Shown here: one piece after another, positions 1 through 12,112 of the stretch
Layout: each line of letters begins with the position of its first letter
How positions within the stretch are numbered: the stretch's first letter is position 1
Assembly (NCBI GenBank): GCA_022711665.1
Contig: JAKLEN010000005.1
Coordinates: 130,619 to 194,618 of the forward strand
Length of the DNA stretch: 64,000 bases
Source: Acidobacteriota bacterium
Lineage (GTDB): Bacteria; Acidobacteriota; Aminicenantia; Aminicenantales; Saccharicenantaceae
Direction of reading: 5' to 3'
Notes under the pieces: generated by a model
The model's database searches: none
What the model saw: the letters and a program-made list of their open reading frames with translations, nothing else
Told to the model about the DNA's origin: nothing
Program-made: the position numbers and the translations under genes

Positions 1-1
1 C

Positions 2-2236
2 AAGCAGGTCGACTGGTTTTACCGCTACCTCAAGGGCCGGACCGACATCGACAACCTGCCGCCGGAATCGCCGCCGTACTGGGGCCACTACGTTTTCCAC
101 GACAACAACCGCGACTCGCACCAGGAAGCCCTCCAGCTCTCCAAGGCCGTCAGCCGCATGTTCTTCGCCTACCATCCGCAGGTCGTCCACGACCTCCACG
201 AGTCCATCCCGTTGCTCCAGACCTGGAACGGCACCGGCCCGTTCAACACCAACCTCGACCCGATCCTGCTCAACGAGTGGTTCGCGATGTCGCTGGCCGA
301 GATTGGCGCGCTGACCTCGGCCGGCATGCCCGGCGTCTGGACATGGGGCTTCAGCGACGGCTGGGAGCACGTCTTCCTGGATTCGATCGGCGTCAACCTC
401 AACAGCATCGGCCGCGGCTACGAGACCTTCGGCAACGGCACGGCCGAGACGGTCGAGCGCGTCCTGCGGCCGAACGAGGAGCGTTATGCCGGGCGCCCGG
501 TGACGAGCCAGGAGTGGTACCGGCCCCTGCCGCCGCCGCGCAAGCTCCTCTGGTCGCTCCGCAACAACACCAACTACATGGAAAGCGCCTGCCTGGCCGC
601 CCTCGACTACACGGCCAAGAACGCCAGGGAGATGCTCCGCGACTTCTACCGCAAGGGCCGCAACTCCTGGCAGAAGGGCGTCAAGGGCGGTCCCTACGCC
701 TTCGCCATCCCCGCGGAGCAGGGCGACCGTCGGCGCGTCGCCGACATGGTCGATCTGCTGATGCGCCACGGCATCGAGGTCGGACGGGCGGTGGCGCCGT
801 TCAAGGTGGCGGAAGGGGAGTTCCCGGCCGGCACCTACGTGGTGCGGCTCGACCAGCCCTACCGCAACTACGCCGTGGACCTGCTGACGCCGCAGAATTT
901 CCCCCAGGACGCGACCTACGAGCCCTACGACGACGTGTCCTGGGCCCTGCCAGTCCACTACGGGCTCGAAGCCCGGCGCATCGACGACGCCGGGATCATG
1001 AACGCGGCCGGGGTGGCGCTCGAGGCCCTCAAGCCGGGATTCGCGACGGCCGGGACCGTCAGCGTCCCGGCCGGGAACGCCGGGGCCGCCGCCGGGATGG
1101 AGCCCGTTTTCCTGCTGAAGGACACGGGCCAGGAAGGGCTGATGGCCCTCCGCGCCCGGCTGGCCGCCTTCCGCGTCGAGATCGCCGAGAAGCCGTTCCA
1201 GAGCGGCGGCAAGGACTATCCCGCCGGATCGTGGATCATGCCCGGCCAGAATGGGCTCGGCGACGCGGTCCGGAAAGCGGCCGAGGAGCTGGCCCTCGAC
1301 TTCGACGGCGCCGCGGCCGTCCCGGACGTCGCCCGCCACGAATCGAAGCTGCCGCGGCTGGCCGTCTGGCATTCGTGGGCCGACACGGAAGCGACCGGCT
1401 GGGTCCGCTTCGTACTCGACCGGGAGAAAGTGCCCTATGCCTACATCCGCGACGAGGACGTCCGGGCCGGGCGGCTCAGGGACCGCTTCGACGTCATCAT
1501 CTACGGGCACAACTACCTCGATCTGCAGGGGCAGATCCTGGGCATAGATAAGAAGTGGGGCCCCCTGGCCTACAAGAAAACGAAGGAGACGCCCAACCTC
1601 GGCCGGCCCGACGCCTCCGACGACATCACCGGCGGCATCGGCTGGGCCGGCATGAGCAAGCTCGAAGAGTTCCTCGGCGCGGGCGGGGTCCTGGTGACGC
1701 TCGGCAACGGCTCGGCCATCGCCCTCCAGGGCGGGCTAGTGCGCGACGTAGACCGCCGGGGCGGCGCCGTGTTCACGCCGGGCTCGGAGCTCCGGGCCAA
1801 GTTCGTGCGGCCCGGGCATCCGCTGGCCTATGGCTACGGCGAGACGACGTCGGTCTTCCGGTCGATGATGCCCGTCTACGACGTGGCCCGATCGATCCGG
1901 GGCACGGTCGTACTGCAATGGGGGACCAAGCTTCGGGCCGAGGACCGCGAGGAGGAGAAGCCCGGCGAGACCATGAGCGAGGACGCCGTAAAGGCGAAGG
2001 AAGCCGGCGCTGCCGGCCCGGCCGCCGCGGCCAAGAAAGACGAGCCAAAGATGCTCGTCAGCGGCACGATCAAGGGGGAGGACGAGCTCGAAGGCCGTCC
2101 GGCCGTCCTCGACCTGCCGGCGGGGAAGGGGCGCGTCGTGGCCTTCCTGTTCAACCCGATCCACCGCGACCTCAACCGCTCCGACCACCGGCTGCTCTGG
2201 AACGCCCTGCTCAACTGGAGCGCGCTGAACAATTAG
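2..2236 (+). CDS. Zinc carboxypeptidase, peptidase M14 family (5' end outside window)
   Basis: Frame of ORF 158..2236 stays open back to nt 2. M14 motifs HDNNRD (Asn-Arg substrate-binding residues) and VVHDLHES (His zinc ligand). The long C-terminal extension is typical of large bacterial M14 proteins. Confidence 0.7.
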   Translation, partial: KQVDWFYRYLKGRTDIDNLPPESPPYWGHYVFHDNNRDSHQEALQLSKAVSRMFFAYHPQVVHDLHESIPLLQTWNGTGPFNTNLDPILLNEWFAMSLAEIGALTSAGMPGVWTWGFSDGWEHVFLDSIGVNLNSIGRGYETFGNGTAETVERVLRPNEERYAGRPVTSQEWYRPLPPPRKLLWSLRNNTNYMESACLAALDYTAKNAREMLRDFYRKGRNSWQKGVKGGPYAFAIPAEQGDRRRVADMVDLLMRHGIEVGRAVAPFKVAEGEFPAGTYVVRLDQPYRNYAVDLLTPQNFPQDATYEPYDDVSWALPVHYGLEARRIDDAGIMNAAGVALEALKPGFATAGTVSVPAGNAGAAAGMEPVFLLKDTGQEGLMALRARLAAFRVEIAEKPFQSGGKDYPAGSWIMPGQNGLGDAVRKAAEELALDFDGAAAVPDVARHESKLPRLAVWHSWADTEATGWVRFVLDREKVPYAYIRDEDVRAGRLRDRFDVIIYGHNYLDLQGQILGIDKKWGPLAYKKTKETPNLGRPDASDDITGGIGWAGMSKLEEFLGAGGVLVTLGNGSAIALQGGLVRDVDRRGGAVFTPGSELRAKFVRPGHPLAYGYGETTSVFRSMMPVYDVARSIRGTVVLQWGTKLRAEDREEEKPGETMSEDAVKAKEAGAAGPAAAAKKDEPKMLVSGTIKGEDELEGRPAVLDLPAGKGRVVAFLFNPIHRDLNRSDHRLLWNALLNWSALNN

Positions 2237-2250
2237 GGGACAAACAAATC

Positions 2251-2311
2251 GGGGACACAATACTCATTTCCGATTTAGAAATTCAGAAATGAGTATTGTG
2301 TCCCCTTTTTT
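2251..2311. terminator. Bidirectional intrinsic terminator (perfect 20-bp stem GGGGACACAATACTCATTTC, 15-nt loop, T6 tail)
   Basis: Perfect inverted repeat read directly from the sequence, lying between convergent genes. The stop codon of the minus-strand gene (2264) sits inside the stem. Confidence 0.7.
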
Positions 2312-4402
2312 CAGGAAGATGTAGTCCAGACCGAGGCGGTTGGCGGCCTTGGCCGCCGGGTTGGGCGCCAGGGCCCGCATCTCGAGCGTGTTGTCGCCTT
2401 CCTTGAGGTCGAAGACGCCGAGCGCCGGACGCGTCCAATCGAGCGTCTTGGACCAGCAATCGACGGGGCCGGTCCCGGCCGGCCGGCCGTTGACGTAGAG
2501 CGCGAACCGGCCATAATCCGGCGACTTGCAGAGATTGAGCTCGACCGCGTACCGCCCCGCTTTGAGAACGGTGAACGTGACCGTGAGCCGGTCGCCCGTC
2601 CTGGCCCCGGACCAGGCCAGGTGCTCGGCCCCGGAACAGTTGGCCAGCCGCTCTTTCCCCGCCCGGCCGCCTGAGGCCGCGAAACGAAGGGCCTCGCCCT
2701 CGATCGGCTCGAGCATGTCCCCGCGCCGGCCCAGATCGACCGGGGCCAGCGTCTCCCGGTCGACGGGCGCCGGCCCGGGGGAGCCGGGCCTGGCGTACCA
2801 GTAGATGATATGCCCCCAGGTCGGGCGGCACGGCATCCAATGCCAGATCTCCTGGTCGAAGCGCAGGGCCGCGCGGTAGGGCAGCGCGTCCAGCACGTAC
2901 CAGCGGTTGAGGCTGATGTGCCCGCCGCTCGCCGGGCCGTCGACCCGCGTCTGGGCATGGTAGGGCCGGACGAACGGCCGGTTGTCGCCGTAGGCGTAGC
3001 CGTAGTCGTCTTCGGTCCCGGTGCCGAACGTGCTCGGGAACGGCTCGCCGTCGATCGAGACCTTCTGATCGCCCTCGCCCCACCAGATGAGGCCGTCGTT
3101 GGCGATCTCGTAGACCGTGCCGACGACCTTCCCTTCGCCCGTCGTGTCGAGCAGGTTCGTGTCGAAGGGCGGCCAGGAGTGGCGGGTCCGCGTCCGCCAT
3201 TGGGCCCGGAGGTGATAGTCGCCGTCCGCGAACCGCCGCGGCCCCAGGCGCATCATGATCTCCACGGTGCAGGCGGCCCGGCCGGCGTTGGTCAGGCGCA
3301 GGTCCATCGACTCGCGGAACGGCATGACCAGGCGGCTCGTCATCCGGCCGGTGACGTCGACCGTGAAGAACAGGCTCTCGTAGGGGTTGACGCCCGGTCC
3401 GGACCCGAAGAAATCGCCGAGCGGCGTCTCGATCGAGCGCTCGCCGTCGAACAGGACCTCTAGGACGAGTGAGCGGTAGGCGTCGCTCGCCCGGCCCGGG
3501 TCGCCCTCCTCCCGGCCTTGGCCCGCGCCCAGGACGCGAACCGACCATTCGTAGACGGCTTTCTGGCCCTCGATCCGGGGCAGGGCCGCCGTGGCCCCGG
3601 GCTCGACGACCAGGGTGGCGGCGAGCCATCCGGACGCGGCGCCGCGCCCCCCGGACGCGGGCCGGGCCGCTTCGGGCCGGGCCAGCCTGGCGGCGACGAG
3701 GGCCGCGGTCTTCTCCCAGACCGCCGCGTCCCTTGGATCGAACGTCGCGACGCGGGCGCCCGGGTCGTACGTCCGGTAGCCGATCTCGTAATAGAGGCGG
3801 AGCGGCGTGTCCGTCTCCTCGGCCGTGATCTTGAGCGACCTGGCGTAGGGGAGGGGGAAGTAGAGGTTGCCGCCCGTCCCGCTGACGTACGAGAAGTCGG
3901 GCCCGAACGGGGCGGCCAGACCCTTGAACAGGTCGGCCAGCGGCAGGGCCAGCCGCGGCTCGGCCTCGCCGTCGAAGTAGAACCGGACGACGTTCGTCCG
4001 GCCGGGATTGGCCGACCAGAAGCGGGAGACGGCGCCCGGGCCGGCGAGATCCGCCAGGACGTGCTCCCTGCGGCCCTCCCCGGTCGTCTCGGTGCGGACG
4101 TACTGTCCGGCGTCGCGGTTGGCGAACCAGGAATCTCCGCCCCGATGGCTCTCCCGGTCGTAGCTCGAGGCCTGGGCCTGCTTGAAGAACGGCGCCGGCC
4201 GCGCGGCCAGGCCCTCGAGGTCAACCATCTCCCGCAGGAGCGTTTCGACGGTGACGGCGGTCCCCGGGCCTTTTCCCGGTCCCCGGCCGCAGCCCGCCCC
4301 GGCGAGGGCGAGCAGGAGAAGGAGAAGGATAAGGAGACCCAGCGGCGGCGCCCAATCCGGCCGCGGCGACCCCGGTTTTTCCGCTCGGTTCTTGATGCTC
4401 AT
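2264..4402 (-). CDS. DUF2961-family secreted lipoprotein (glycoside-hydrolase-like fold)
   Basis: FGTGTEDDYGYAYGDNRP motif typical of DUF2961. N-terminal signal peptide with lipobox LAGAGC. An ATG at 4402 is preceded by AAGGTGG (the track ORF begins at an upstream GTG, 4411). Confidence 0.55.
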   Translation of the reverse strand: MSIKNRAEKPGSPRPDWAPPLGLLILLLLLLALAGAGCGRGPGKGPGTAVTVETLLREMVDLEGLAARPAPFFKQAQASSYDRESHRGGDSWFANRDAGQYVRTETTGEGRREHVLADLAGPGAVSRFWSANPGRTNVVRFYFDGEAEPRLALPLADLFKGLAAPFGPDFSYVSGTGGNLYFPLPYARSLKITAEETDTPLRLYYEIGYRTYDPGARVATFDPRDAAVWEKTAALVAARLARPEAARPASGGRGAASGWLAATLVVEPGATAALPRIEGQKAVYEWSVRVLGAGQGREEGDPGRASDAYRSLVLEVLFDGERSIETPLGDFFGSGPGVNPYESLFFTVDVTGRMTSRLVMPFRESMDLRLTNAGRAACTVEIMMRLGPRRFADGDYHLRAQWRTRTRHSWPPFDTNLLDTTGEGKVVGTVYEIANDGLIWWGEGDQKVSIDGEPFPSTFGTGTEDDYGYAYGDNRPFVRPYHAQTRVDGPASGGHISLNRWYVLDALPYRAALRFDQEIWHWMPCRPTWGHIIYWYARPGSPGPAPVDRETLAPVDLGRRGDMLEPIEGEALRFAASGGRAGKERLANCSGAEHLAWSGARTGDRLTVTFTVLKAGRYAVELNLCKSPDYGRFALYVNGRPAGTGPVDCWSKTLDWTRPALGVFDLKEGDNTLEMRALAPNPAAKAANRLGLDYIFLKKGDTILISEFLNRK

Positions 4403-4590
4403 GGGAACCACCTTGCCGGTATTCTATCTAAAAACGGGGCTGATGCACCCCTTTTCCGCTTTCATTCCCGCCCGCCTGCCGGGTTTCCCGCCGGGACCAG
4501 TCCGTTGGTTCTGAGCTTTGCGGTTGCGGAACACTCCGGGAAATGGGTATCATGTCCCCGCCCGGATTCCCCCCTGGAGGTGTGAGGGCC

Positions 4591-6777
4591 ATGAAAGGCA
4601 GAGCCATGATCATCGTCCTGCTTTCCGCGCTGGCCGCGATCGCTATCGCCGCCTGCAAGAGCGACACGACGACGTCCCCGGCGCAGGGGATCTCGCCGGA
4701 GGCCCGGGCCGCCGCCGAAGCCGCGGCCGCGGCCAACCCGGACAACCCGTTCTTCAAGCCGTACGGTACGCCGTTCAACGTCCCGCCGTTCGACCGCATC
4801 CAGACCGCGCACTTCCTGCCGGCGATCCAGGAAGGCATCCGCCGCGAACAGGCCGAGGTCGATGCCATCGTAGCCGACCCGGCCGAGCCGACCTTCGGGA
4901 ACACCATCGCCGCCCTGGACCACTCGGGCATTTTCCTGACCGAGGTGGAGAGCGTCTTCGGCTCCCTGCAGAGCTCGATGACGAATAAGGAGCTGCAGGC
5001 CATCGACCGTCAGACCGCGCCCCTGCTGGCCGCCCACGCCGACAACATCTCGCTCAACGAGAAGCTCTTCGCCCGGGTCAAGGCCCTCTACGACAGGCGC
5101 GAGACCCTCGGCCTCGGCCGCGAGGAGCTGTTCCTCCTCGAGAACACCTACAAGGACTTCGTCCGCGGCGGCGCTCTTCTCGACGAGGCGCAGAAGGCCC
5201 GCTTCCGCGAGCTCAACCAGCAGCTCTCGCTCCTGACCGTCAGCTTCGGCGAGAACGTCCTGGCCGAGACCAACGCCTTCCGGCTGGTCATCGCCGACAA
5301 GGCCGACCTGGCCGGTCTCCCGGCCTCGGTCGTGGCCATGGCCGCGGCCGCCGCCAAGCAGGCCGGTTTGCCGGACGGGCAGTGGCTCTTCACCATCCAC
5401 GTCCCGAGCATGACGCCGTTCCTGACCTACTCGGAGCGCCGGCCCCTGCGCGAGAAGGTCCACCGGGCCTACTTCATGAAGGGCGACAACGACTCCGAGT
5501 ACGACAACAAGGAGAATGTCCGCCAAATCGCCGCCCTGCGCCTGGAGCGGGCCCGGCTCCTCGGCTACGCCAACCATGCCGCCTTCGTCCTCGAGCGCAA
5601 CATGGCCAAGACCCCGGAGAAGGTTGACGCCTTCCTGGCCCAGCTCTGGGCGCCGACCCTGGTCAAGGCCAAGGAGGAAGCGGCCGCGCTCCAGGCCCTG
5701 ATGGACCGCGACCCGAAGGCCGGCCGGGGCACGCTCGCCTCCTGGGATTGGTGGCTGTACACCGAGCGCCTGCGCCAGGAGAAGTACGCCCTGGACGACG
5801 AGGCCCTGCGGCCGTACTTCAAGCTCGACAACGTCCGCGACGGCATCTTCGCCCTGTGCGGCAAGCTCTACGGCCTGAAGTTCATCCCCCGGCCCGAGCT
5901 GCCGCGCTATCACCCCGACGTCCAGGTCTTCGAGGTCCAGGAGGCGGACGGACGTCATACCGGCATCCTCTACATGGACTTCCATCCGCGGCCGAGCAAG
6001 CGCAGCGGGGCCTGGTCGGGCTCGTTCCGCCGCGCCTACTCCGAGGAGGGCGTGCGCGTCCCGCCGATCTCGACCATCACCTGCAATTTCACCGCCCCGA
6101 CGGCCGACGCCCCGGCCCTGCTGTCTACGGACGAGGTCGAGACCTTCTTCCACGAGTTCGGCCATTCGCTGGCGACGCTCTTCTCGCAGTCCCGCTTCCG
6201 GACGAGGACGGTGGCCCGCGACTCGGTCGAACTGCCGTCGCAGATCATGGAACACTGGTGCTTCGAGCCCGAGCTGCTGGCCCTCTACGCCCGGCACTAC
6301 CGGACCGGCGAGGTCATCCCGGCGGAGCTCGTCGGGAAGCTGGAGAAGAGCAAGCTCTTCAACCAGGGCTTCATCACCGCGGAATACCTGGCTGCCTCGA
6401 TCCTCGACATGGCCTGGCACACGGCCGCCGATCCCGGCGCCGCCGACGTCCGGACCTTCGAGAAGGAGGCCATGGACAAGATCGGGCTCATCCCGGCCAT
6501 CGTGCCGCGCTACCGCTCGACTTATTTCAGCCACATCTTCAGCGGTGGCTACTCGGCCGGCTACTACGCCTACATCTGGTCGGAGGTCCTCGACTGCGAC
6601 GCCTTCGAGGCTTTCCGGGAGAAGGGCGTGTTCGACCGGGCCACGGCGGAATCGTTCCGGAAGAACATCCTCGAGCCCTTCGGCACGGAGGACCCGATGA
6701 CCCAGTACGTCAGGTTCCGCGGCGCCGAGCCCAAGATCGACGGGCTGCTGAAGAACCGCGGCTTGACCGTGCAATAA
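4591..6777 (+). CDS. M3-family peptidyl-dipeptidase (Dcp) / oligopeptidase A-like zinc metallopeptidase, lipoprotein
   Basis: HEFGH zinc-binding motif and overall M3 architecture. Start at 4591 is preceded by GGAGGTG. Signal peptide with lipobox IAAC. Confidence 0.85.
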   Translation: MKGRAMIIVLLSALAAIAIAACKSDTTTSPAQGISPEARAAAEAAAAANPDNPFFKPYGTPFNVPPFDRIQTAHFLPAIQEGIRREQAEVDAIVADPAEPTFGNTIAALDHSGIFLTEVESVFGSLQSSMTNKELQAIDRQTAPLLAAHADNISLNEKLFARVKALYDRRETLGLGREELFLLENTYKDFVRGGALLDEAQKARFRELNQQLSLLTVSFGENVLAETNAFRLVIADKADLAGLPASVVAMAAAAAKQAGLPDGQWLFTIHVPSMTPFLTYSERRPLREKVHRAYFMKGDNDSEYDNKENVRQIAALRLERARLLGYANHAAFVLERNMAKTPEKVDAFLAQLWAPTLVKAKEEAAALQALMDRDPKAGRGTLASWDWWLYTERLRQEKYALDDEALRPYFKLDNVRDGIFALCGKLYGLKFIPRPELPRYHPDVQVFEVQEADGRHTGILYMDFHPRPSKRSGAWSGSFRRAYSEEGVRVPPISTITCNFTAPTADAPALLSTDEVETFFHEFGHSLATLFSQSRFRTRTVARDSVELPSQIMEHWCFEPELLALYARHYRTGEVIPAELVGKLEKSKLFNQGFITAEYLAASILDMAWHTAADPGAADVRTFEKEAMDKIGLIPAIVPRYRSTYFSHIFSGGYSAGYYAYIWSEVLDCDAFEAFREKGVFDRATAESFRKNILEPFGTEDPMTQYVRFRGAEPKIDGLLKNRGLTVQ

Positions 6778-6794
6778 TCGGAGAGATCAAGAGG

Positions 6795-6844
6795 GGGTCA
6801 AACCTACCTTTTACCTAAAAATGGGTGAAAGGTAGGTTTGACCC
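6795..6844. terminator. Bidirectional terminator hairpin: 21-bp stem (one G-U pair) with core GGGTCAAACCTACC
   Basis: Inverted repeat GGGTCAAACCTACCTTTTACC / GGTGAAAGGTAGGTTTGACCC with an 8-nt loop, followed by TTTCT. It lies between the convergent M3 peptidase and OMP genes. Confidence 0.6.
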
Positions 6845-6884
6845 TTTCTGGATTGACCCCTTTCCGGATGCCCGCAGGATTACA

Positions 6885-7577
6885 CTATTTGATGATATAG
6901 ACGAGGCCGGCGGAGAGGGCGAAGGTCGTGCGGCCGCCTTTTTCCAGCTCGAAGGTCAGGCCGGGCTGGATGACCAGCAGCGCCTTCGGCCCGAGGGCGT
7001 AGACGACGGGCAGGCCCAGCCCGAGCGAGACCAGCGAATCGTCCGCGCTGAGCGTGTAGGAGCTGGGGTCCGAGATCTTCAGCGACGTGCTGGAATAGAC
7101 GAGCCCGGCGTACGGCTGCAGATAGGCCGCTCCGGACAGCCGGACATCCCGGTAGACCGTGCCGCCGATCATCAGGGTGTTGGCCCACATCTTGTAGTCG
7201 ATGAGGTCGAGGTCCGGAGAGGCGAAGCTGTCCCTGGCGTAACCGACTGTGATCGACACCGAGACGGGCGATCTGGAAGAGTTCTGCTTGATGACGTGGG
7301 CCGTGAGCTGCGGGGAGAGCGAGGCCGCGGTGAGCTCGGTGAACTCGCCGGTGTCGTCGTACGTCACGTGCCCGGCCGCGAAGGACAGATCGAAGATGCC
7401 GCCGAGACCGACGCCGACCGTCCCGGAGAGCCCGTGGGCGGCGCTGTTCGAGGCGTAGGCGCCGGTCAGGCTGAATCCGTACTGGCCCTTCTTCAGGAAA
7501 CCGCTTTGGGGGAATGCGGCCAGGGCGCTCAGCAGGAACAGGCCGGCGAACGCGGCCGAGGCCTTGATCATCTTCAT
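6885..7577 (-). CDS. Outer-membrane beta-barrel protein (OmpA-like/porin-family barrel, ~230 aa)
   Basis: Signal peptide MKMIKASAAFAGLFLLSALAA followed by alternating amphipathic beta-strand pattern. AAGGAGG RBS lies 7 nt upstream of the ATG. The upstream part of the track ORF 6885..7649 lies in a hairpin. Confidence 0.6.
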   Translation of the reverse strand: MKMIKASAAFAGLFLLSALAAFPQSGFLKKGQYGFSLTGAYASNSAAHGLSGTVGVGLGGIFDLSFAAGHVTYDDTGEFTELTAASLSPQLTAHVIKQNSSRSPVSVSITVGYARDSFASPDLDLIDYKMWANTLMIGGTVYRDVRLSGAAYLQPYAGLVYSSTSLKISDPSSYTLSADDSLVSLGLGLPVVYALGPKALLVIQPGLTFELEKGGRTTFALSAGLVYIIK

Positions 7578-7609
7578 CGGGCGCCTCCTTAAAAAGAAGG
7601 GGTCATAAG

Positions 7610-7699
7610 AAGGGGTCAAACCTAAACGTTTTAACCTTTCGGCGACCACCCATTGGTCACATTCTGAAAAGTTAAAACGTTTAGGTTTGACCCCTTCTT
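7610..7699. repeat. REP-like palindromic element: perfect 27-bp stem (GAAGGGGTCAAACCTAAACGTTTTAAC) with 36-nt loop
   Basis: Perfect inverted repeat read from the sequence. It shares the GGGGTCAAACCTA core with the hairpin at 6795-6844. It sits between metK and the co-directional OMP gene, so it is a likely metK terminator/attenuator. Confidence 0.55.
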
Positions 7700-7704
7700 C
7701 CTTG

Positions 7705-8865
7705 CTAGTCGAGGCCGGCGGCCCGGCGCAGCGCCTCGGCCTTGTCGGTGTTTTCCCAGGTGAAGTCCGGATCGTTGCGGCCGAAGTGGCCGTAGGCCGC
7801 CGTCTTCTTGTAGATCGGCCGCTTGAGCTTCAGATGGTCGATGATGTCGGCCGGCCGGAGCGGGAAATGCTCCCGGATCAGCCCGGCGATCTTGTTGTCC
7901 GGCACCCGGCCCGTGCCGAACGTGTCGACGTACACCGCCATAGGGTCGGCGACGCCGATGGCGTACGACAGCTGGACCTCGCACCGCCCGGCCAGCCCGG
8001 CCGCGACGACGTTCTTGGCGATGTAGCGGCAGGCGTAGGCCGCGCTGCGGTCGACCTTGCTCGGGTCCTTGCCGGAGAAGCAGCCGCCGCCGTGCCGGCC
8101 CATGCCGCCGTACGTGTCGACGATGATCTTGCGGCCGGTGACGCCCGTATCGCCCTCCGGACCGCCGATGACGAACCGGCCGGTGGCGTTGATGTAGACC
8201 TTGGTCTTCTTGTCGAGATACTTGCCGCAGACCGGCTTGACGACCTTCTCCAGAATGAGCTTGCGCAGCTCTCGCTCGGAGAGGTCGGCGATGTGCTGCT
8301 GGGCGATGACGACGGCCTCGAGCCGGACCGGCTTCCCGTCGCGGTACTCGACCGTGACCTGGCTCTTGCCGTCCGGTCCCAGGGCGTGGCCGGCGTTGCG
8401 CCGCCGGACCTCGGCCAGCCTGGCCGTCAGCCGGTGGGCCAGCATGATCGGCAGGGGCATCAGCTCGGGCGTCTCGTCGCAGGCGAAGCCGAACATCATG
8501 CCCTGGTCGCCGGCGCCCTGGGCGCGCTTTTCCTTGCGGCCGACGCCGCGCGCGATGTCCTTGCTCTGGGCGTGGATGGCGACCCAGACGCCGGCGTCCT
8601 CGCAGTCGATGCCGTACCGCGGGTCCGTATAGCCGATCTCGCGGAGCGTCCGCCGGACGATCTTCTGGACGTCGGCGTAACCGTCGGTCGTGACCTCGCC
8701 GGCGACGTGCACCGTGCCGGTCGTCGTCAGGGCCTCGATGGCCGTATGTGTTTCCGGATCCTGCCGCAGCAGGTCGTCGAGGATGGCGTCGCTGATCTGG
8801 TCGCAGATCTTGTCGGGATGGCCCTCGGTGACGCTTTCGCTCGTGAAATAGTGCTTTTCGCTCAT
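7705..8865 (-). CDS. metK: S-adenosylmethionine synthetase
   Basis: Full-length MetK with GHPDK, GAGDQG and DxxKVDRS signature regions. Confidence 0.97.
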   Translation of the reverse strand: MSEKHYFTSESVTEGHPDKICDQISDAILDDLLRQDPETHTAIEALTTTGTVHVAGEVTTDGYADVQKIVRRTLREIGYTDPRYGIDCEDAGVWVAIHAQSKDIARGVGRKEKRAQGAGDQGMMFGFACDETPELMPLPIMLAHRLTARLAEVRRRNAGHALGPDGKSQVTVEYRDGKPVRLEAVVIAQQHIADLSERELRKLILEKVVKPVCGKYLDKKTKVYINATGRFVIGGPEGDTGVTGRKIIVDTYGGMGRHGGGCFSGKDPSKVDRSAAYACRYIAKNVVAAGLAGRCEVQLSYAIGVADPMAVYVDTFGTGRVPDNKIAGLIREHFPLRPADIIDHLKLKRPIYKKTAAYGHFGRNDPDFTWENTDKAEALRRAAGLD

Positions 8866-8897
8866 TCTTCACCTCCTCGGGGCCGGATTCACGATGG

Positions 8898-8926
8898 CCA
8901 TTATCGGCCATTGTGAAAATTTGTCA
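8898..8926 (-). promoter_or_regulatory. Sigma70-type promoter for metK (TTGACA-17 nt-ATAATG), leader ~30 nt with GGAGG RBS
   Basis: Hexamers read on the minus strand. They are conspicuous AT-rich consensus elements in ~70% GC DNA. Confidence 0.5.
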
Positions 8927-9049
8927 ATTGCGCCTGAGGGCCGGCCGGTTCAACCCGACAATTTGCGAAATAATGGCCCTGGAGCCGCCCCCAAGTTGAC
9001 GCCGGACGGGAATCGGCTTATCGTTTAACCAGCGGGGGAGGGTGAGAGG

Positions 9050-11677
<2,628 letters not shown>

Positions 11678-11705
11678 CGCTTGGATCGCACCCGTCAAGG
11701 AGGGG

Positions 11706-12077
11706 ATGAAGATGATCAGAAAACCGAGGAGGGCGGGACCGCCCAGGAAGCTCCGGACGGAGCACACGGTCAAGGTCAGCGTCAAGGGCAGGAAGATCGA
11801 GTACGACCGTCATTGCGTCCATGTCCAGCGCGGCGACACGATCGTCTGGCACCTCGACAGGCCCTGGCCGTTCGCCGTCATCGTCAAGGCCGTCGAGTCG
11901 CCTCTCGACTGGACCGCCCGAGTGGCGCCGCGCGGCGCCCGGGCGCTCGCGGCCAGGGTGAGGGCGGACGCAGCGCCGGGATTCTATCCCTACGCGTTCT
12001 GCGTCAGCGCCGGCGAGGCGCTACTGGTCGATGACCCGGAGATCATCGTCCGGCCGCCGGCGGGGGGACGGGGCTAG
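11706..12077 (+). CDS. Hypothetical protein (123 aa)
   Basis: AAGGAGGGG RBS and codon usage consistent with neighbours. No recognisable domain. Confidence 0.4.
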   Translation: MKMIRKPRRAGPPRKLRTEHTVKVSVKGRKIEYDRHCVHVQRGDTIVWHLDRPWPFAVIVKAVESPLDWTARVAPRGARALAARVRADAAPGFYPYAFCVSAGEALLVDDPEIIVRPPAGGRG

Positions 12078-12112
12078 GGCGGGGCCGGCCCCGGGGAGAC
12101 GGCCGCTCCGGG

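Noticed and set aside
277-1551. Long alternate-frame/antisense ORFs throughout (e.g. 277..1551, 2283..3629, 4462..6774, 7631..8911, 8924..11785, 12279..14726, 15623..16714, 29927..31612, 30153..31376, 31741..32817, 33576..35648, 35766..37265, 41614..42630, 42881..43987, 43426..45606, 45640..48129, 46050..47903, 49312..50718, 51043..52368, 51165..52562, 59721..61451, 62014..63495)
   Set aside because: These are Arg/Gly/Pro/Ala-rich, low-complexity translations overlapping genes with strong homology in another frame. They are a classic high-GC artefact.
8866-9049. Possible SAM riboswitch in the metK leader
   Set aside because: The predicted promoter leaves only a ~30-nt leader with a GGAGG RBS. 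This is too short for a SAM-I/II/IV aptamer, and no riboswitch consensus segments were seen.
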